Below are positions 1 through 12,935 of a stretch of DNA of 34,458 nucleotides, in pieces (position 1 is the first letter of the stretch; each line of letters starts with the position of its first letter). The notes beneath the pieces are model-generated. The model did not search any database and was not told the origin of the DNA. It saw nothing but the letters and a program-made list of their open reading frames with translations. Source of the DNA: Somniosus microcephalus (lineage: Eukaryota); the NCBI GenBank assembly GCA_052327205.1, contig CM126203.1, forward strand, positions 216,347,543 to 216,382,000. Reading direction: 5' to 3'. The translations under genes were made by a program, and so were the position numbers.

Positions 1-231
1 CTCCCCCTCCCCCCCCTCTCTTCGTCCCCCTCCCCTCTTCCTCCCCCTCGGTACCAGAACGGAATCAGTCCGACAACAGGAGGCCGGGTGCCCAGCGCGC
101 CGAAACGAGCCCGGGGTTCCTGGCGGTTAAAGCGGCGGGCCTTTGGACCTGAATGGCCGACGAACGCCTTTCACTGCGGACTCCCGTGTCCGATTGCGGT
201 CGGGGACGGCTCGTTGGGCACTCACGGCAGA

Positions 232-553
232 AGCACGGTGGCATAGTGGTTAGCACTGTTGCCTCACAGCGCCAGGGACCCGGGTTCGAATCCGGCCTCG
301 GGTGACTGTCTGTGTGGAGTTTACACATTCTCCCCGTGTTTGCGTGGGTTTCCTCCGGGTGCTCCGGTTTCCTCCCACAGTCCAAAGATGTGCGGGTTAG
401 GTTGATTGGCTATGATAAAAATTGACCCTTCGTGTTAGGGGGGATTAAATACGTGGGGTTACGGGGATAGGGTGGGATATGTGTCGGTGCAGGCTCGATG
501 GGCCGAAATGGCCTCTATCTGCACTGTGGGGTTTCTATGATTTCTATGATGAT
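232..553 (+). mobile_element. tRNA-derived SINE, HE1/V-SINE type, with CR1-like 3' tail
   Basis: Pol III A box TGGCATAGTGG (239-249) and B box GGTTCGAATCC (283-293); V-domain-like core (tgtgtggagtt...gcgtgggtttcctccgggtgctccggtttcctcccacagtccaaaga); tail gatgggccgaaatggcct...(tttctatga)2 resembles the CR1 tails elsewhere in the window. Confidence 0.9.
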
Positions 554-1075
554 GAAGAGCGAGGGGGAAGGAGAGAGAGAGAGAGAGAAGAGAGAGAAAT
601 TTTTTGAGCTTCAGGCCCGGCCAGTCTGTAATGGCCGCCACTCACCTGAATAATGGCAGTTTGAAGGATTAGGCCCCGCCCACAAACGCCCCCCACGACG
701 CAGCGCGCGGATTGGTCAACCATCACGTCACTCAACGCTAATGAGCGGTAGGATTGGTCAACACCTGAATAACGGCAGTTTGAAGGATTAGGCCCCGCCC
801 ACAAACGCCATGAAACGCCTCCCGTGACGCAGCGCATGGATTGGTCAACCTTCACGTCACTCAATGCTAATGAGTGGATTTCCCCTGTATGATTGGCCAA
901 CCGCTAATGAGTGGAATTTTGAAAGTTTTTTGTCTACTGTCCGAACAATTTTTGTCTGACCAAGAAGTAAATACGCCTAGGACACCCTGCTAATCATAAC
1001 CTTTCTTTTGATAACATGTGTAGGTACGCTCTATAACTTGAGTGATGCCCAGACAGAACTATCCTTTTTTATATA
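554..1075 (-). mobile_element. Helitron-like non-autonomous element, diverged copy A (may extend further left beyond the SINE)
   Basis: Reverse complement aligns block by block with 31410-31905 (tatataaa..gga; aagttata..gtacctac; aagaaag.tta; gcgtattta; gacaaaaattg; atccactcatta.cat.gagtgac; gaccaatc; tgtgggcggg; aggtgagtggc..ccat), followed by a CT-rich tract. Confidence 0.65.
644..878. repeat. Tandem duplication of ~118-bp unit inside element A
   Basis: cacctgaataa.ggcagtttgaaggattaggccccgcccacaaacgcc...gattggtcaacc.tcacgtcactcaa.gctaatgag occurs at ~644 and ~762. Confidence 0.9.
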
Positions 1076-1797
1076 CAGCACAGGATCAGACCATTCAGCC
1101 CAACTAGTCAGTGGTGTTTATACTCCACAGGAGTCTCCTCACATTCCATCTACCTCATCTCAGTCTTTCAGCATATCTTTCTATTCCCTTTTCTCTCTCA
1201 TGTACTTTTCTAGTTTCTTTCTGAAAGCAACTAAATTATTTGCCTTAACCACTGCCTGTGGTAGCAAAGTCTACATTCTAACCACTCTCCGAGTAAAGAA
1301 ATTTCTCCTCATTTCTCTATTGGATTTATTAGTAACTATCTTGTATTTACAGCCCCTAGTTTTGAATTCTCCCACAAGTGGAAACATTCCCTCCACATCT
1401 ACTCTCTCCAGCCCATTCATAATTTTAAAAGACCTCTATTCGGTCACCCCTATGACTTCTCTTTTCTAAAGAAAAAAGCCCCAACCTGTTCAATCTTTCC
1501 CCGACAGCTGTAATCTCTCAGTTCTGGTACCATCCTTGTAAATCTTTCTTGCACTTTCTCCAGTGCTGCTATGACCTTTTATAGTATGGAGACCAGAACT
1601 GTGCACAGTGCAGCCCAACGAGGGGTCCTATACAAGTTTAACATAACTTCACTACTTTTGAATTCTATACCCCTAGTAATAAATCCCAGTGCTTTGTTAG
1701 CATTTTTAATTGCTTTGCAGACCCGAGATGCTGCTTTTAATGATTTGTTCACCTGCATCCCTAGATCTCTTTGCTCTTCTACACCATTAGTTTCTTA
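1076..1797 (-). mobile_element. Degraded CR1 LINE 3' fragment
   Basis: Similar to the 3' end of the CR1 ORF2 at 16124-16700 and to its tail (gggctgaatggtctgatcctgtgctg on the minus strand). Confidence 0.8.
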
Positions 1798-2825
1798 GGC
1801 CTAGAAATTGGATAAGGCCCAAAACCAGGCAGGGGCATCACCCAGCACTATTTACCTGCGCCCGTTCAAAGTGGTGCAGGCAGCACGCAAAATTCATGCT
1901 GCCTGCTCATTTACATGATTGCAGCGCTGATCTCAGCGCTAAACACACTGCTGACTGGCTTAGCACTGAACAGGGAGGCCAATATCGGGTGCAGTCTACT
2001 GGCCAATAAAGTTTGGCCTAGGCTCTCTGCATTATTTAAAGGGGAGGTGATTTGTTGCAGAAGCACCTCCTGGTCAGTCTGAACATAGCCATGGCCCAAC
2101 AGCCAAGTGTAAGGACAAGATGATTTTCTGATGCGACACTGGAGGCCTTGGTCCTGTGGATCGAAAGACGCCATGAAAATCGTTTCCTATAAGCTGCGCG
2201 GCCATGTTGCTGGGCCTGCACAGCCCAGAATGGGCTTTTTCATTGTGCGAAACTGTGAAGGGGCCGTGCGCACAAAAGAAATTAGAGGGAACATTGGCCG
2301 TGAGGTCCTCTACCCACAGGGGGATAGGAAGCCTTCAAGGCTGAACACAAGGAGGATCTGGGAGGAGATTGCTCATGCCATCACTGCGACAAGTGTTGTC
2401 CCCAGGATCTGGATCCAGTGCGGCAAAAAGTTTAATGACCTCACACGAGTGATCAAGGTTGAGTGAATGCATCAACTGCCATATCCTACCATCTGCACCA
2501 CAAGCCTCACACACTGCTCAATGCACCACACCCCATTACTCACCTACCAACAATCTCTAGCTATCACCATTTATACTTCACAATCATAGCTTAATTTCAC
2601 CCTCACACACGTACCACTGCTGCAAGACTCACACCCACATCTCACACTGCAAGCTATTCAACCATGGCAGGCACATCACCCAAACACATTGCACCACACT
2701 CACTCACACACTTCCCTTTCTCTTGCAGGCCAAGCTGGCGCACAACTGCCGGGAGCACCTACAGATGGGTGGAGGGCAAGCCAGAATTGAGAACCTCATG
2801 GACCCGGAGAAAGCAGTGCTCATAA
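1798..2825 (+). mobile_element. Truncated PIF/Harbinger transposon (left end plus Myb/SANT gene remnant)
   Basis: Starts TTA|GGCCTAGAAATT, like the other Harbinger-type termini in the window; contains the Myb/SANT exons listed next. Confidence 0.7.
2091..2822 (+). pseudogene. Harbinger Myb/SANT-like DNA-binding protein remnant (MSANTD/NAIF1-like), two exons
   Basis: MAQQPSVRTR*FSDATLEALV...REVLYPQGDRKPSRLNTRRIWEEIAHAITATSVVPRIWIQCGKKFNDLTRVIK; GT donor at 2458; pyrimidine tract + CAG at 2728; exon 2 AKLAHNCREHLQMGGGQARIENLMDPEKAVL. Has an in-frame stop and a ~130-bp interruption. Confidence 0.8.
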
Positions 2826-2943
2826 TAATCCCCTTTCCTTCTTAAATGCATTATACCAGTCAATATTTAGTTGCCAATCTTGTTCGCTATGTAGCCATGG
2901 TTCAGTCATCCCTACTATATCCAGATCCTCTCTACAAATTATT

Positions 2944-3657
2944 GGCCTGGATTTTGCGGTCGGTGGTGTAATCCGTAGTTATGCCGACAGCACCGAACAG
3001 AATGTGAACTTACCTGATGGGGACCCTCCTTCAAGAATTTGCTGGCAGATGCTGCATGGTAGAGGGCAGCGTAGTGGGCCACGGATCCCAACAGCGCACT
3101 GTGCGTGGAAGCGCACCTGGGATCACGTGGACCAGTGCTCCAAATCAGCAAACAGAAGTGGTCTCTCTATTTATAACATAGATGTTTATGCACATTAAAT
3201 CCTGGAAGGTTTTCTTCCCCCCCTTTCCTCCACAGATTTATTTAAAGCTTATATGTTCCACATAGATGCAACTAATAAACAAATAAAACCCTCAATGTAA
3301 CAACCACTTCCTACAAACTTTTCAGGGACAATAACTACTTTTCATGGACCAAATCCTAAAATGCTTCCATTTCTGGCCTCATATAGCTTTTAAAATTACT
3401 TAGATTTGTCAGGAGGTATCCTCTTACACTGTAGGAACAGGCCCTGAGCCTATTTGTATCAGCCGTAACATTTTCAGGCATAATTGCTGGGCAATTAGCC
3501 CAACTCCATGTCAGCAAAAAAGATTTCCCCGTTGGTGCGGATCATGTCAAGTCGGAACTTAACAGATTGCAAGTTCAGGAAATTTGCGGTCCATTTCAAA
3601 GGTGGTATTATGGCGTACTCTGAATATGCCGTCATACCGACTGCAAAAATCCAGGCC
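2944..3657. mobile_element. Harbinger-type MITE
   Basis: TIRs ggcctggattttgcggtcgg / ccgactgcaaaaatccaggcc; 3-bp TSD ATT on both sides; internal similarity, in inverted orientation, to 27655-28319. Confidence 0.85.
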
Positions 3658-4814
3658 ATTACCTCCATTAATTGTTCCAACAGCATTAAAGAAGCAAACA
3701 CAAATAACCAGAAGTTGACATCTAAGCCTCTCCCATCAGCAGCAAACCATCTGTGGCAAGAAGCTTAATGAACAGAGGTGACAAACAATCCTGCACAGAG
3801 CCCTTGAGATAAACCACTCAGTATTGTAAAAAAAAATAGAAATGTAATCATCCACTTTAGATGGTGATTAAGGAAATATTTTTTAAAACACAAAATTTAT
3901 AGCCACCAGCTGCATTACTGCTACAGGTGAAACAATTCTTAAAAAGTGGGGAGAAAGTCATAAAAGTGTGGCATACTCAGCAAACCTAAAGACATATTTT
4001 CTTCCAAGCATATTGATAACTATGTTTAACTGATTTCTTGTGGTGATGGTAATGAAATATTTTGATAAATAAGGGGGTATGTATAAAAATAGAATACAGT
4101 GTTAAAATCATGGAAATCAATTTCCAAAAAACATGCCATTGTAAGAGATTACGCAACAAATACAGACAAAAGGTTAGGAAAGGGAGAATACCAAATTGCA
4201 AAAATGTTATGGAATTGAAACTGCTTTGTAAACAATGCAAATACCTATTATTGAATAGGTTTCATACAAATTTAATGCCCAACTTAAAAATCAAATATTT
4301 TTACTCAAGCCTAAACTCCGCACTGAAACTCCCTTATATTCTCTAATCACCTTAAGGCTCAATTTCTCAGATGCTCTCTAGCCAATTTCCCAAACTGAAT
4401 ACTTAAAATACCACCACATCCTGTACTGTACCAAGTACCATTTACCTAGCATGGCTGTTCGTGCCAATCTTCACAAGCTCCCTGCCCCCAACATTTGTTC
4501 TTAATTCTCACCCCACCCTACCTCTGCAACCTCTTCCAGCCCAAAGGTCGGGTTTGCATCCTCCATTCTTTCAACTCAGACTTACTGTGTGTTTCTCACC
4601 CCAAGCCCCACCCTGCAGCAGCATGGCTTTCAGCCATCGGGACCCAGTACTATAAAACTCACTCCCTCAATCCTGGTCTTGTTACGTCTCTCCCCATTCA
4701 GAATTACTATTCAAAACCTGTATCTTCAACCACATCTTCAGTCACTTCCCCCAAACCTTGGCTAGTCAGTCTCTTCCCCCACCCCCCCTCTACATTTGTG
4801 ATTTTTTAAAATTT

Positions 4815-6549
4815 TATTATTATTCGTTTTATGGGATGTGGGTGTCGCTGGCAAGGTCAGCATTTATTGCCCATTCCTAACTGCCCTCGAGAAAGTGGTG
4901 GTGAGCCGCCTTCTTGAACCGCTGCTGTCCATGTGGTGAAGGTACTCCCACAGTGCTGTTAGGTAGGGAGTTCCAGGATTTTGACCCAGCGACGATGAAG
5001 GATCGGCGATATACTTCTAAGTCAGGATGGCGTGTGACTTGGAGGGAAGCTTGGAGGTGGTGGTATTCCCATGCGCCTGCTGCCCTTGTCCTTCTAGGTG
5101 AAAAAGGTCACGGGTTTGGGAAGTGCTGCTGAAGAAGCATTGGCGAGTTGCTGCAGTGCATTTTGTAGATGGACACACTGCAGCCATGGTACGCCGGTGG
5201 TGGAGAGAGTGAATGTTTCAGGTGGTGGATTGGGTGCCAATCAAGCGGGCTGCTTTGTCCTGGATGGTGTCGAGCTTCTTGTGTGTTGTTGGAGCTGCAC
5301 TCATCCAGGCAAGTGGAGAGTATTCCATCACACTCCTTACTTGTGCCTTGTAGATGGTGGAAAGGCTTTGGGGAGTCAGGAGGTGAGACACTCACCACAG
5401 AATACGTAGCCTCTGACCTGCTCTTGTTGCCACAGTATTTATGTGGCTGGTCCAGTTAAGTTTCTGGTCAATGGTGACCCCCCCAGGATGTTGATGGTGG
5501 GGGATTTGGCGATGGTAATGCCGTTGAATGTCTTGGGACGGTGGTTAGACTCTTGCTTGTTGGAGATAGTCATTGCCTGGCACTTCTGTGGCACGAATGT
5601 TACCTGCCACTTATCAGCCCAAGTCTGAACGTCATCCAGGTCTTGTTGCATGTGGGCATGGACTGTTTATTATCTGAGGAGTTGTGAATGGCACTGAACA
5701 CTGTGCAGTCATCAGCGAACATCTCCATTTCTGACCTTACGTTGGAGGGAATGTCATTGATGAAGCAGCTGAAGGAGGTTGGGCCTAGGACACTGCCCTG
5801 AGGAACTCCTGCAGCGATGTCCTAGGGCTGTGATGATTGACCTTCAACCACCACAGCCATCTTACTTTGTGCTAGTTAAGACTCCAGCCAGTGGAGAGAT
5901 TCCCCCCGCCACCCCCGATTCCCATTGACTTCAGTTTTACTAGGGCTCCTTGATGCCACACTCGGTCAAATTCTGCCTTAATGTCAAGGGCAGTCACTCT
6001 AATCTCATCCGGAATTGAGCTCAAGGACCATGTTTGGACCAAGGCTGTAATGAGGTTGGGAGCCGAGTGGTCTTGGCGGAACCCAAACTGGGCATCAGGG
6101 AGCAGGTATTTGGCCGGATTGGATTTGTCCTGCTTTTTGAGCACAGTACATACCTGGGCAGTTTTCCACATTGTTGGGTAGATGCCAGTGTTGTAGCTGT
6201 ACTGGAACAGTTTGGCTAGAGGCGCGGCTAGTTCTGGAGCACAAGTTTTCAGCACTACAGCCGGGATGTTGTCAGGGCCCGTAGCCTTTGCTGTATCCAG
6301 TGCGCTCAGCCGTTTCTTGATATCACGTGGAGTGAATCGAATTGGCTGAAGACTGGCTTCTGTGATGGTGGAGACCTCAAGAGGAGGCTGATATGGATCA
6401 TCCACTCAGCACTTCTGACTGAAGATGATTGCAAACGCTTCAGCCTTGTCTTTTGCACGCACGTGCTGGGCTCCACCATCATTGAGGATGGGGATATTCA
6501 TGGAGCCTCCTCCTCCTGTTAGTTGTTTAATGGTCCACCACCATTCCCA
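4815..6549 (-). mobile_element. 5'-truncated LINE of a second CR1-group family (decayed RT)
   Basis: Minus-strand peptides KATGPDNIPAVVLKTCAPELAAPLAKLFQ, QFGFRQDHS, ALDIKAEFDRVWH, MQQDLDDVQTWADKWQVTF; frameshifts present; A-rich 3' end near 4815. Confidence 0.9.
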
Positions 6550-6901
6550 AATACCTAGAGATGTTTTGCTACGTTAAGTGTAAGCCGTTGTTACTAACTT
6601 TAACCAACATAGAAATACTGATATCACCTCTTAAAAGCAAATGAATTAAAACAGAAGAATACTTTCCAACTAAAATCAGGGATAAGAATCCAAATATGGT
6701 ACATTCAACACCCCAAGCACGAATAAGGTAACAACCAACATTAATCCAAAGAAAGTGTGTAAAATTATATGGTTTGGGACCATTATTTCAAAAGACATAA
6801 AATATCCTCGATGTCAAGATGGTGCAACAGAAATTAATTAGTAGGATTCCATCAAATGTTGCGCCAAATCTAACAATTTTATCAAAACTCTAAGAAGTTG
6901 A

Positions 6902-7555
6902 AACATAGCAACATAGAAGATAGGAGCAGGAGTAGGCCATTCAGCCCCTCGAGCCTGCTCCGCCATTCAATGAGATCATGGCTGATCATCCAAATTCAGT
7001 ACCCTGTCCCTGCTTTCTCTCCATATCCCTTGATCCCTTTAGCCTTAAAAAATATATCCAACTCCTTCTTGAATATATTTAATGAATTGGCCTCTACTGC
7101 CTTCTGTGGTAGAGAATTCCACAGGTTCACCACTCTCTGGGTGAAGAAATTCCTCCCCATCTCAGTCCTAAATGGCTTACCCCCTTATCCTTAGACTGTG
7201 ACCCCTGGTTCTGGACTCCCCCGCCATCGGGAACAGCCTTCCTGCATCTAGTCTGTCTAGTGCTATTAGAATTTTATAAGTTTCAATGAGATCCCCTCTC
7301 ATTCTTCTAAACTCTAGTGAATACAAACCTAATCGACCCAATCTCTCCTCATACGTCATTCCTGCCATCCCAGGTATCAGTCTGGTGAATCTTCGCTGCA
7401 CTCCCTCCATGGCAAGAACATCCTTCCTCAGATAAGGCAACCAAAACGGCACACAATACTCGAGGTGTGGTCTCACCAAGGCCCTGTACAACTGCAGCAA
7501 GACATCTTTGCTCCTGTACTCGAATCCTCTCGCTATGAAGGCCAGCATACCATTT
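6902..7555 (-). mobile_element. CR1 LINE 3' fragment (same family as 16031-19577)
   Basis: GMLAFIARGFEYRSKDVLLQLYRALVRPHLEYC...TRGHSLRIRG; tail nearly identical to 16031-16123. Confidence 0.95.
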
Positions 7556-7801
7556 GAAGGGAATTGAAAGTTCTCAATCCAAACTTTAGATAAAAAGGTG
7601 GAAGAAACTATCTGGAGATATTCTTGGGACTGACAATTAGACAAGATATCCAAAGGATGCAAGACTAATTCAATCCTGGGCTTCTTTTAACAGAAAGATT
7701 GAGAAAGAAGTTCAATGGTTTATGATCAGGAGAACGCCAAGTCTCAATTATTGCCTTTTAATCACTCAAGTTATTTGTTTATTAAACCACATGATTACAT
7801 T

Positions 7802-8552
7802 GGGCCGTATATTCCGATCCCTACGGGTGTGTATGTGCTGTGTACACACCCGTAGGGACATTAGAAATGCCGGATCCAGGCATGCCAAGTGCATGCGCTG
7901 AAACCGGCATTTCCGATCTGTCAAGAATGCTCTTGACAGATCGGATGCCTGCCCTGGAGAACGGCCTCTGCGGGCGGATAGTTCCGCTTTCTGGAGAACC
8001 TCCGCCCGCAGAAAACCCTTAGAAATCTTACGTCTGGTAAAAGCATGTGTAAGGCCTGCTTTTACCAGCATAAGATTTGAAAAATTTTTTTTTTTATTTT
8101 TTTTTTTTAAATTTTCCACTCATTTAAAAATAATTTTAAAAAGTTTATTTTTAGCCCCATAAAAAACAATTTTTTTTTCCAAAATTTAAATTTTTGTTTA
8201 AAATATTTAATTTATTGTAATTTCAACTCATTTTAAAAATGTGATTAAAAAAAAATGATTTAATGTTTAATGTTTTTGGGGTGATCTCCATTCATATATT
8301 TGATGCCAGGTCTATCTGTCAAGTGTATGAAGGGAGATTCCCTTCTGCTATTGGCTCCCCATGGCCCACGTGATCCCAGGGACACCTGCGAACCGCATGC
8401 GCCTCTGGGATACGTGGGCCCTGCGCATTTCGAGTTGGAGGCGCCCAGGAACGGGAGTATACGCACATCGGGAGCCCTCAGGTAAGTCCGTAGATTTTTT
8501 CCAGATCAGAGGCCTCCACGCACAGGAAGCCTCCGATCGGAAAACACGGCCC
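7802..8552. mobile_element. Harbinger-type MITE
   Basis: TIRs gggccgtatattccgatc / gatcggaaaacacggccc; TSD ATT on both sides; GC-rich arms around an AT-rich centre. Confidence 0.85.
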
Positions 8553-9539
8553 ATTATCTCTGTGAAATAGTTTTCATATTTTACAGAGACAACATAATTG
8601 AGAGGAGATGACATGGTGAAGAAAAAAGTTTAAAACCGACATCTCCGAGCCAATCCACAATCTGTGAAATGATTCTGTCTGAAATTAAACCGAAATATTT
8701 TAAATACATTCAGGTCATATAAAAATCCAACCCGTGGGATAGCAGTTTTACTTCGGCCTGGTGCTCACCATCGCTAATTGGATTTTAAATTGTAACCTGT
8801 AGATTTTCAGCTTTTAAAAGTAATCTTATTCCACACACAATCATAGGATTTGAAAAGGAAAAAGAAAAGATATTGTTCCTCAAGAATTAACCAACTTAAG
8901 TCATCACTGAATAATCTAGTCCAAATTTATGTTACAAGCTATACTAGTGGGAACTAAACAAAGTATCCAATAACTGGGAAAAGAGACCTTGACTGAACAG
9001 TCATCACCTTTTAATTACCAGAATGTATCAAGAGTCAGAATACAAAACTTGGCTCAATTGTAAAAAAAGAGATACTTCCTGCAAGGCACTGGAATCTCTG
9101 CCTCAGCTGACTGAAATTATGTACTCAAACCAATGCTGGAAGGACCAATAAGGATTTACCCTTCGACAAGGACAGAATAACTTGTTCTGTCTACTAGTAT
9201 GTTTTTAATTACACATAAGGGTAAAGGAAATGTACACATAGTGGAGAGCTATGCTGGAATGAAGTGTTGGTCAGAGATGGGACTACAAAAATGTGACACA
9301 GATTCCATTATCCATAGCCCCTTTAGCATGGTTCTCTGCTGGGAATGCAGATGCACTGAATGTACCCTATAGCCTACACCATTGTTGCCACTACCCTTTC
9401 TATAAATTCTGGGACTCTGAAGCTCTGCATGCTGTCAAGAAAATGCAATGGTTTATATAAATAAGGCAAATAGTATGCAAAAGGAATGAAAAAGAGGTAA
9501 GTAATATGTATAAACAGCTTGAGCTCCACTTTCATGATA

Positions 9540-9815
9540 CAGTAAACTCTTGTTTAAATGGCACTTTATCATCCGGAATACTTTAATAACCGGCAAAATA
9601 GATATATCTCAATACAAAACACCTCAATAACCGGTAATCTTGCCGAATCCATCCAGCACTCGTTTTGCCGAGTCCGAGTCTCCTGTTTTGACCGAGTTAG
9701 TCAGTGCTGAGTGAGTGGAAAAGCAGCATCGTGGTAGGTATACCTGTTATCCAGAATTTTTCATCAACCGGAACCATCCTGGTCCCATAGGTGCCGGAGA
9801 AGAAAGAGTTTACTG
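9540..9815. mobile_element. Tc1/mariner (pogo/Tigger-like) MITE
   Basis: TA|CAGTAAACTCTT ... AAGAGTTTACTG|TA terminal inverted repeat with TA TSD. Confidence 0.8.
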
Positions 9816-10489
9816 TATATGATAGCAAGATGGCAAGTGCAAATGTCCTATCTTGAAACTCCATGCATTTTGTAGCTATTTTTGAAGGATTATTGTTTCA
9901 GTAAGTTACTTGTAAGTTTTTTTGAACAAATATTTTTCAATTCTAATTCAGAACACTCAAATGTGCAACAAATTATTCTTAAAACATTCAGGCTCTTGCA
10001 TATAGGATTTATGTCCAATTCTGATGCCTCTGATAATGGATTCTAAGAGTTAAAGTGAAAAGAAAAATAGAAGTGCTAGAAATACATAGCAGGTCTGTTA
10101 GCAACTGAAAAAAGAAAAGACTAGTAAATTCAGGCCATGGGTCAGGAATGGAACAGCTGGATGGGGAAATGGAGCTTGGGAAGGGAAAGGAAGTAGATTC
10201 AGTCAGGTGAGAAATGGAAGAGGGTGTCAGAAAGTGGAGCAGTTGGACAAGATGGGAGCTGGATCAGGAATGGAATGGGACCGGAGGCCCAAGTTGCAGC
10301 AGGAATAGACCAGTCAGTTTTCCAGTTTTCTGTTATCTGGCAACTGGGAGCACCAAACTATGTGTCCTGGAGGGGGGGGGAATTATTCCTGGTGCTGAGG
10401 GTAGGGGCAAAGACCTGTGAGGGCAGCAGGGTTGATTCTGTATAAAATATAGCATATTACTATATTATTTATTACATGTACTTGTAAAA

Positions 10490-10807
10490 GAAAGACTTGC
10501 ATTTATATAGCGCCTTTCACGACCACCAGATGTCTCAAAGCGCTTTACAGCCAATGAAGTACTTTTGAAGTGTTGTAATGTGGGAAACGCAGCAGCCAAT
10601 TTATGCACAGCAAGCTCCCACAAACAGCAACGTGATACTGACCAGATATTCTGTTTTTTTATGATGTTAGTTGAGGGATAATTATTGGCCAGGACACCAG
10701 GGATAACTCCCCAGCTCTTCTTCGAAATAGTGCCATGGGATCTTTTACGTCCACCTGAGAGAGCAGATGGGGTCTCGGTTTAACATTTCATCTGAAAGAT
10801 GACACCT
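10490..10807 (-). mobile_element. Deu-domain SINE (SacSINE1/AmnSINE1-like), 5'-truncated, with L2-type tail
   Basis: Minus strand tctttcagatgaaatgttaaaccgagacccc...aaagatcccatggcactatttcgaagaagag...cctggtgtcctggccaa matches the Deu domain as recalled; tail gtgaaaggcgctatataaatgcaagtcttt. Confidence 0.8.
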
Positions 10808-10879
10808 AGCTGTATCAGAAAGGAAGTTCAAAAGTGAGGCACATTATAAATGTAAGAGATATAGTACAGAATTAAACTA

Positions 10880-11200
10880 TGAAAAATATAAATAGCGTCA
10901 AAGGGAAGCAAAAATAGGCAATTAGGGAAGCTAGGGAAGGGTATAAAAGAAAACTGGCAATCAACAAAGGGAAAAGTACATGAGAAGATAGTTAAACAGT
11001 GATGTGACAAAAACAAAGGGGCACTTAAGTGAAGGAATGTCAAAGTAAAACTTCAATATATTTCACCTCAGTTTTTAGAGAGGAAAAAGTACTTGGAGGC
11101 CAGTACTAGAAATAAATATTCAGAAGGAAACTGTATTAAAAGTAACATGACAAAATCATCAAGCCCAGATGACAAATATCTCAGAATACTAGGAGGTTAG
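10880..11200 (+). mobile_element. Highly degraded CR1 ORF2 fragment
   Basis: Weak traces of YF.SVF..E (11055-11085) and KS..PD..YLRIL (11153-11195). Confidence 0.4.
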
Positions 11201-11449
11201 GGGGGAGATCTTGTAAAACATTAAAGCTGCCCACCTGTCCAATTTGGGGCACTTGACTCTTTCTACTGTCCAACTGGAATATTAATTGTCCACCGGACAT
11301 TTGACATATAGCTGAATCAAACAGTGATAACCACAATTTCTTATTAGCTGTTCCTACTCTATCCATCACTGACCTTAAGAGGTAATGTTAATTATCTCAA
11401 TTATTACTTTGATATTGAATCATTTAGCCAAGGTATCTTTTGCAACAAT

Positions 11450-12149
11450 GGGCTGGATTTTGAGGTAAAAATAATGGTAAGGCTAACAGCACTCACTGTT
11501 ATTAATGTGTAAATCAGACAGCAACTTCCAACGACCACACATGCCACAATTAAATGCGTAAATCAAGAAGTTGCTGTCCGAGATACCCTGCTCCTCCAAA
11601 AATTGCAAAATAGTATATCGCCATCTAACTCACCGTTCAAATACATTAAACGGCATGAGGTTCTTGTACTTACCGGATATCTCCGCACTAAAATCGCCAG
11701 AAAAAGTTAAGGGTTGTCCATTCCAAGGTAAGTACCCTTTTAATGTCAAGCAACCTCTCTGGCACTGGAAATGAACTTTTACAAGTTTGGAATCTCATTC
11801 CTTCAGATTTTAATTATTGTTGAAGATTTACATTTTTTTTTACATTTTCAGTGTGTCTCTCTCTCTCTTAATCCCATCTTTCTTCCCTCTCTATTTTGCT
11901 TTCTGTATCTGATTTGACATTGAATTCACTATTCTAACAGACACTTCCTGGTTCAGACTCTGTGCTACTCACTAACTATTCTTCAATCTGATTGGTTAAG
12001 GAGATAGACAATTACTTGCCCTGTTCACACAGGTACCAGATGTACTGTAGAGGACACCAAGCTGTTTCGATCATTGGCTCACCAGGATTTCAAATGCAAA
12101 AGGTCTATAAAAAGTCTACATGCAAGTGTAATGAACGTCGCTCCAGCCC
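11450..12149. mobile_element. Harbinger-type MITE (older)
   Basis: Left end gggctggatttt, right end tccagccc; flanks AAT/ATT. Confidence 0.65.
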
Positions 12150-12464
12150 ATTATCTTTTCATGTAACAATTATGCAAACACTATAAATACAGCATCAAAT
12201 TCAATTATCTGTGATCTTGAAGGGCTAGAGTGTGTTTTGAAAGGCTATTATAATGATAGGAGAGGAAGAATGAAGATTTAGTAGGTGGCAATTTAAGGCA
12301 GAGCTCTTAAGAATAACAAAATCAAATTATGTAGCGACACTCAGATGAGGTACTGCAGATAGATTTCTGGGTATGGTCGATAATGCTTATTTTCTTGTAC
12401 TTTATTTGAGTTACCATATTTAGAAATACAAATGTTAATCATTTCAATTTTTTCCACTTTGTTA

Positions 12465-12935
12465 TAGGAAGGATTCAAAAGCAATGGAAGTGATGCAGCA
12501 GAGTCACTCGAGATGGGTTACAGTTATGAAGAGACTTAAGAAGCTAGGACTCTTTTTTTGGATGATCAGCCATGATCGCATTGAATGGCGGAGCAGGCTC
12601 GAAGGGCCGAATGGCCTACTCCTATCTTCTATATTTCCCATTTAGGATTAACTTGATTACTGGGTGATCCGATAGAGGCATTCAAGATTATAAGTGTTAC
12701 AATAAGGTGATGAATTATTTGCACAGGCCAGCCAAATAATGAGAAAGCTTAAAATTTAATGTAATCACAAAAATAAATTAAAGGGTAGGCTAAAAAAAAA
12801 ATCTATACGCCGAGAGCTGTTAGAACATGAAATTTTCGCCACAAACTAGTGTTGAAGCACAATCCATAGGGAATTAGATATAGTTGCTTAAAACAAATAT
12901 TAAATAGATATGGGGAGCAAACAAGCAAGTGGGTT
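12465..12935 (+). mobile_element. Degraded CR1 3' fragment with a nested younger CR1 tail (~12563-12635)
   Basis: gatcagccatgatcgcattgaatggcggagcaggctcgaagggccgaatggcctactcct tail embedded in decayed sequence resembling the ORF2 C-terminus. Confidence 0.65.

Noticed and set aside
233-305. tRNA gene
   Set aside because: The A/B boxes continue directly into a SINE body and LINE-like tail, so this is a SINE head.
3005-3030. U1 snRNA 5' end (ACTTACCTG)
   Set aside because: No further U1 sequence follows; it is the reverse complement of a splice-donor-like motif inside a MITE.
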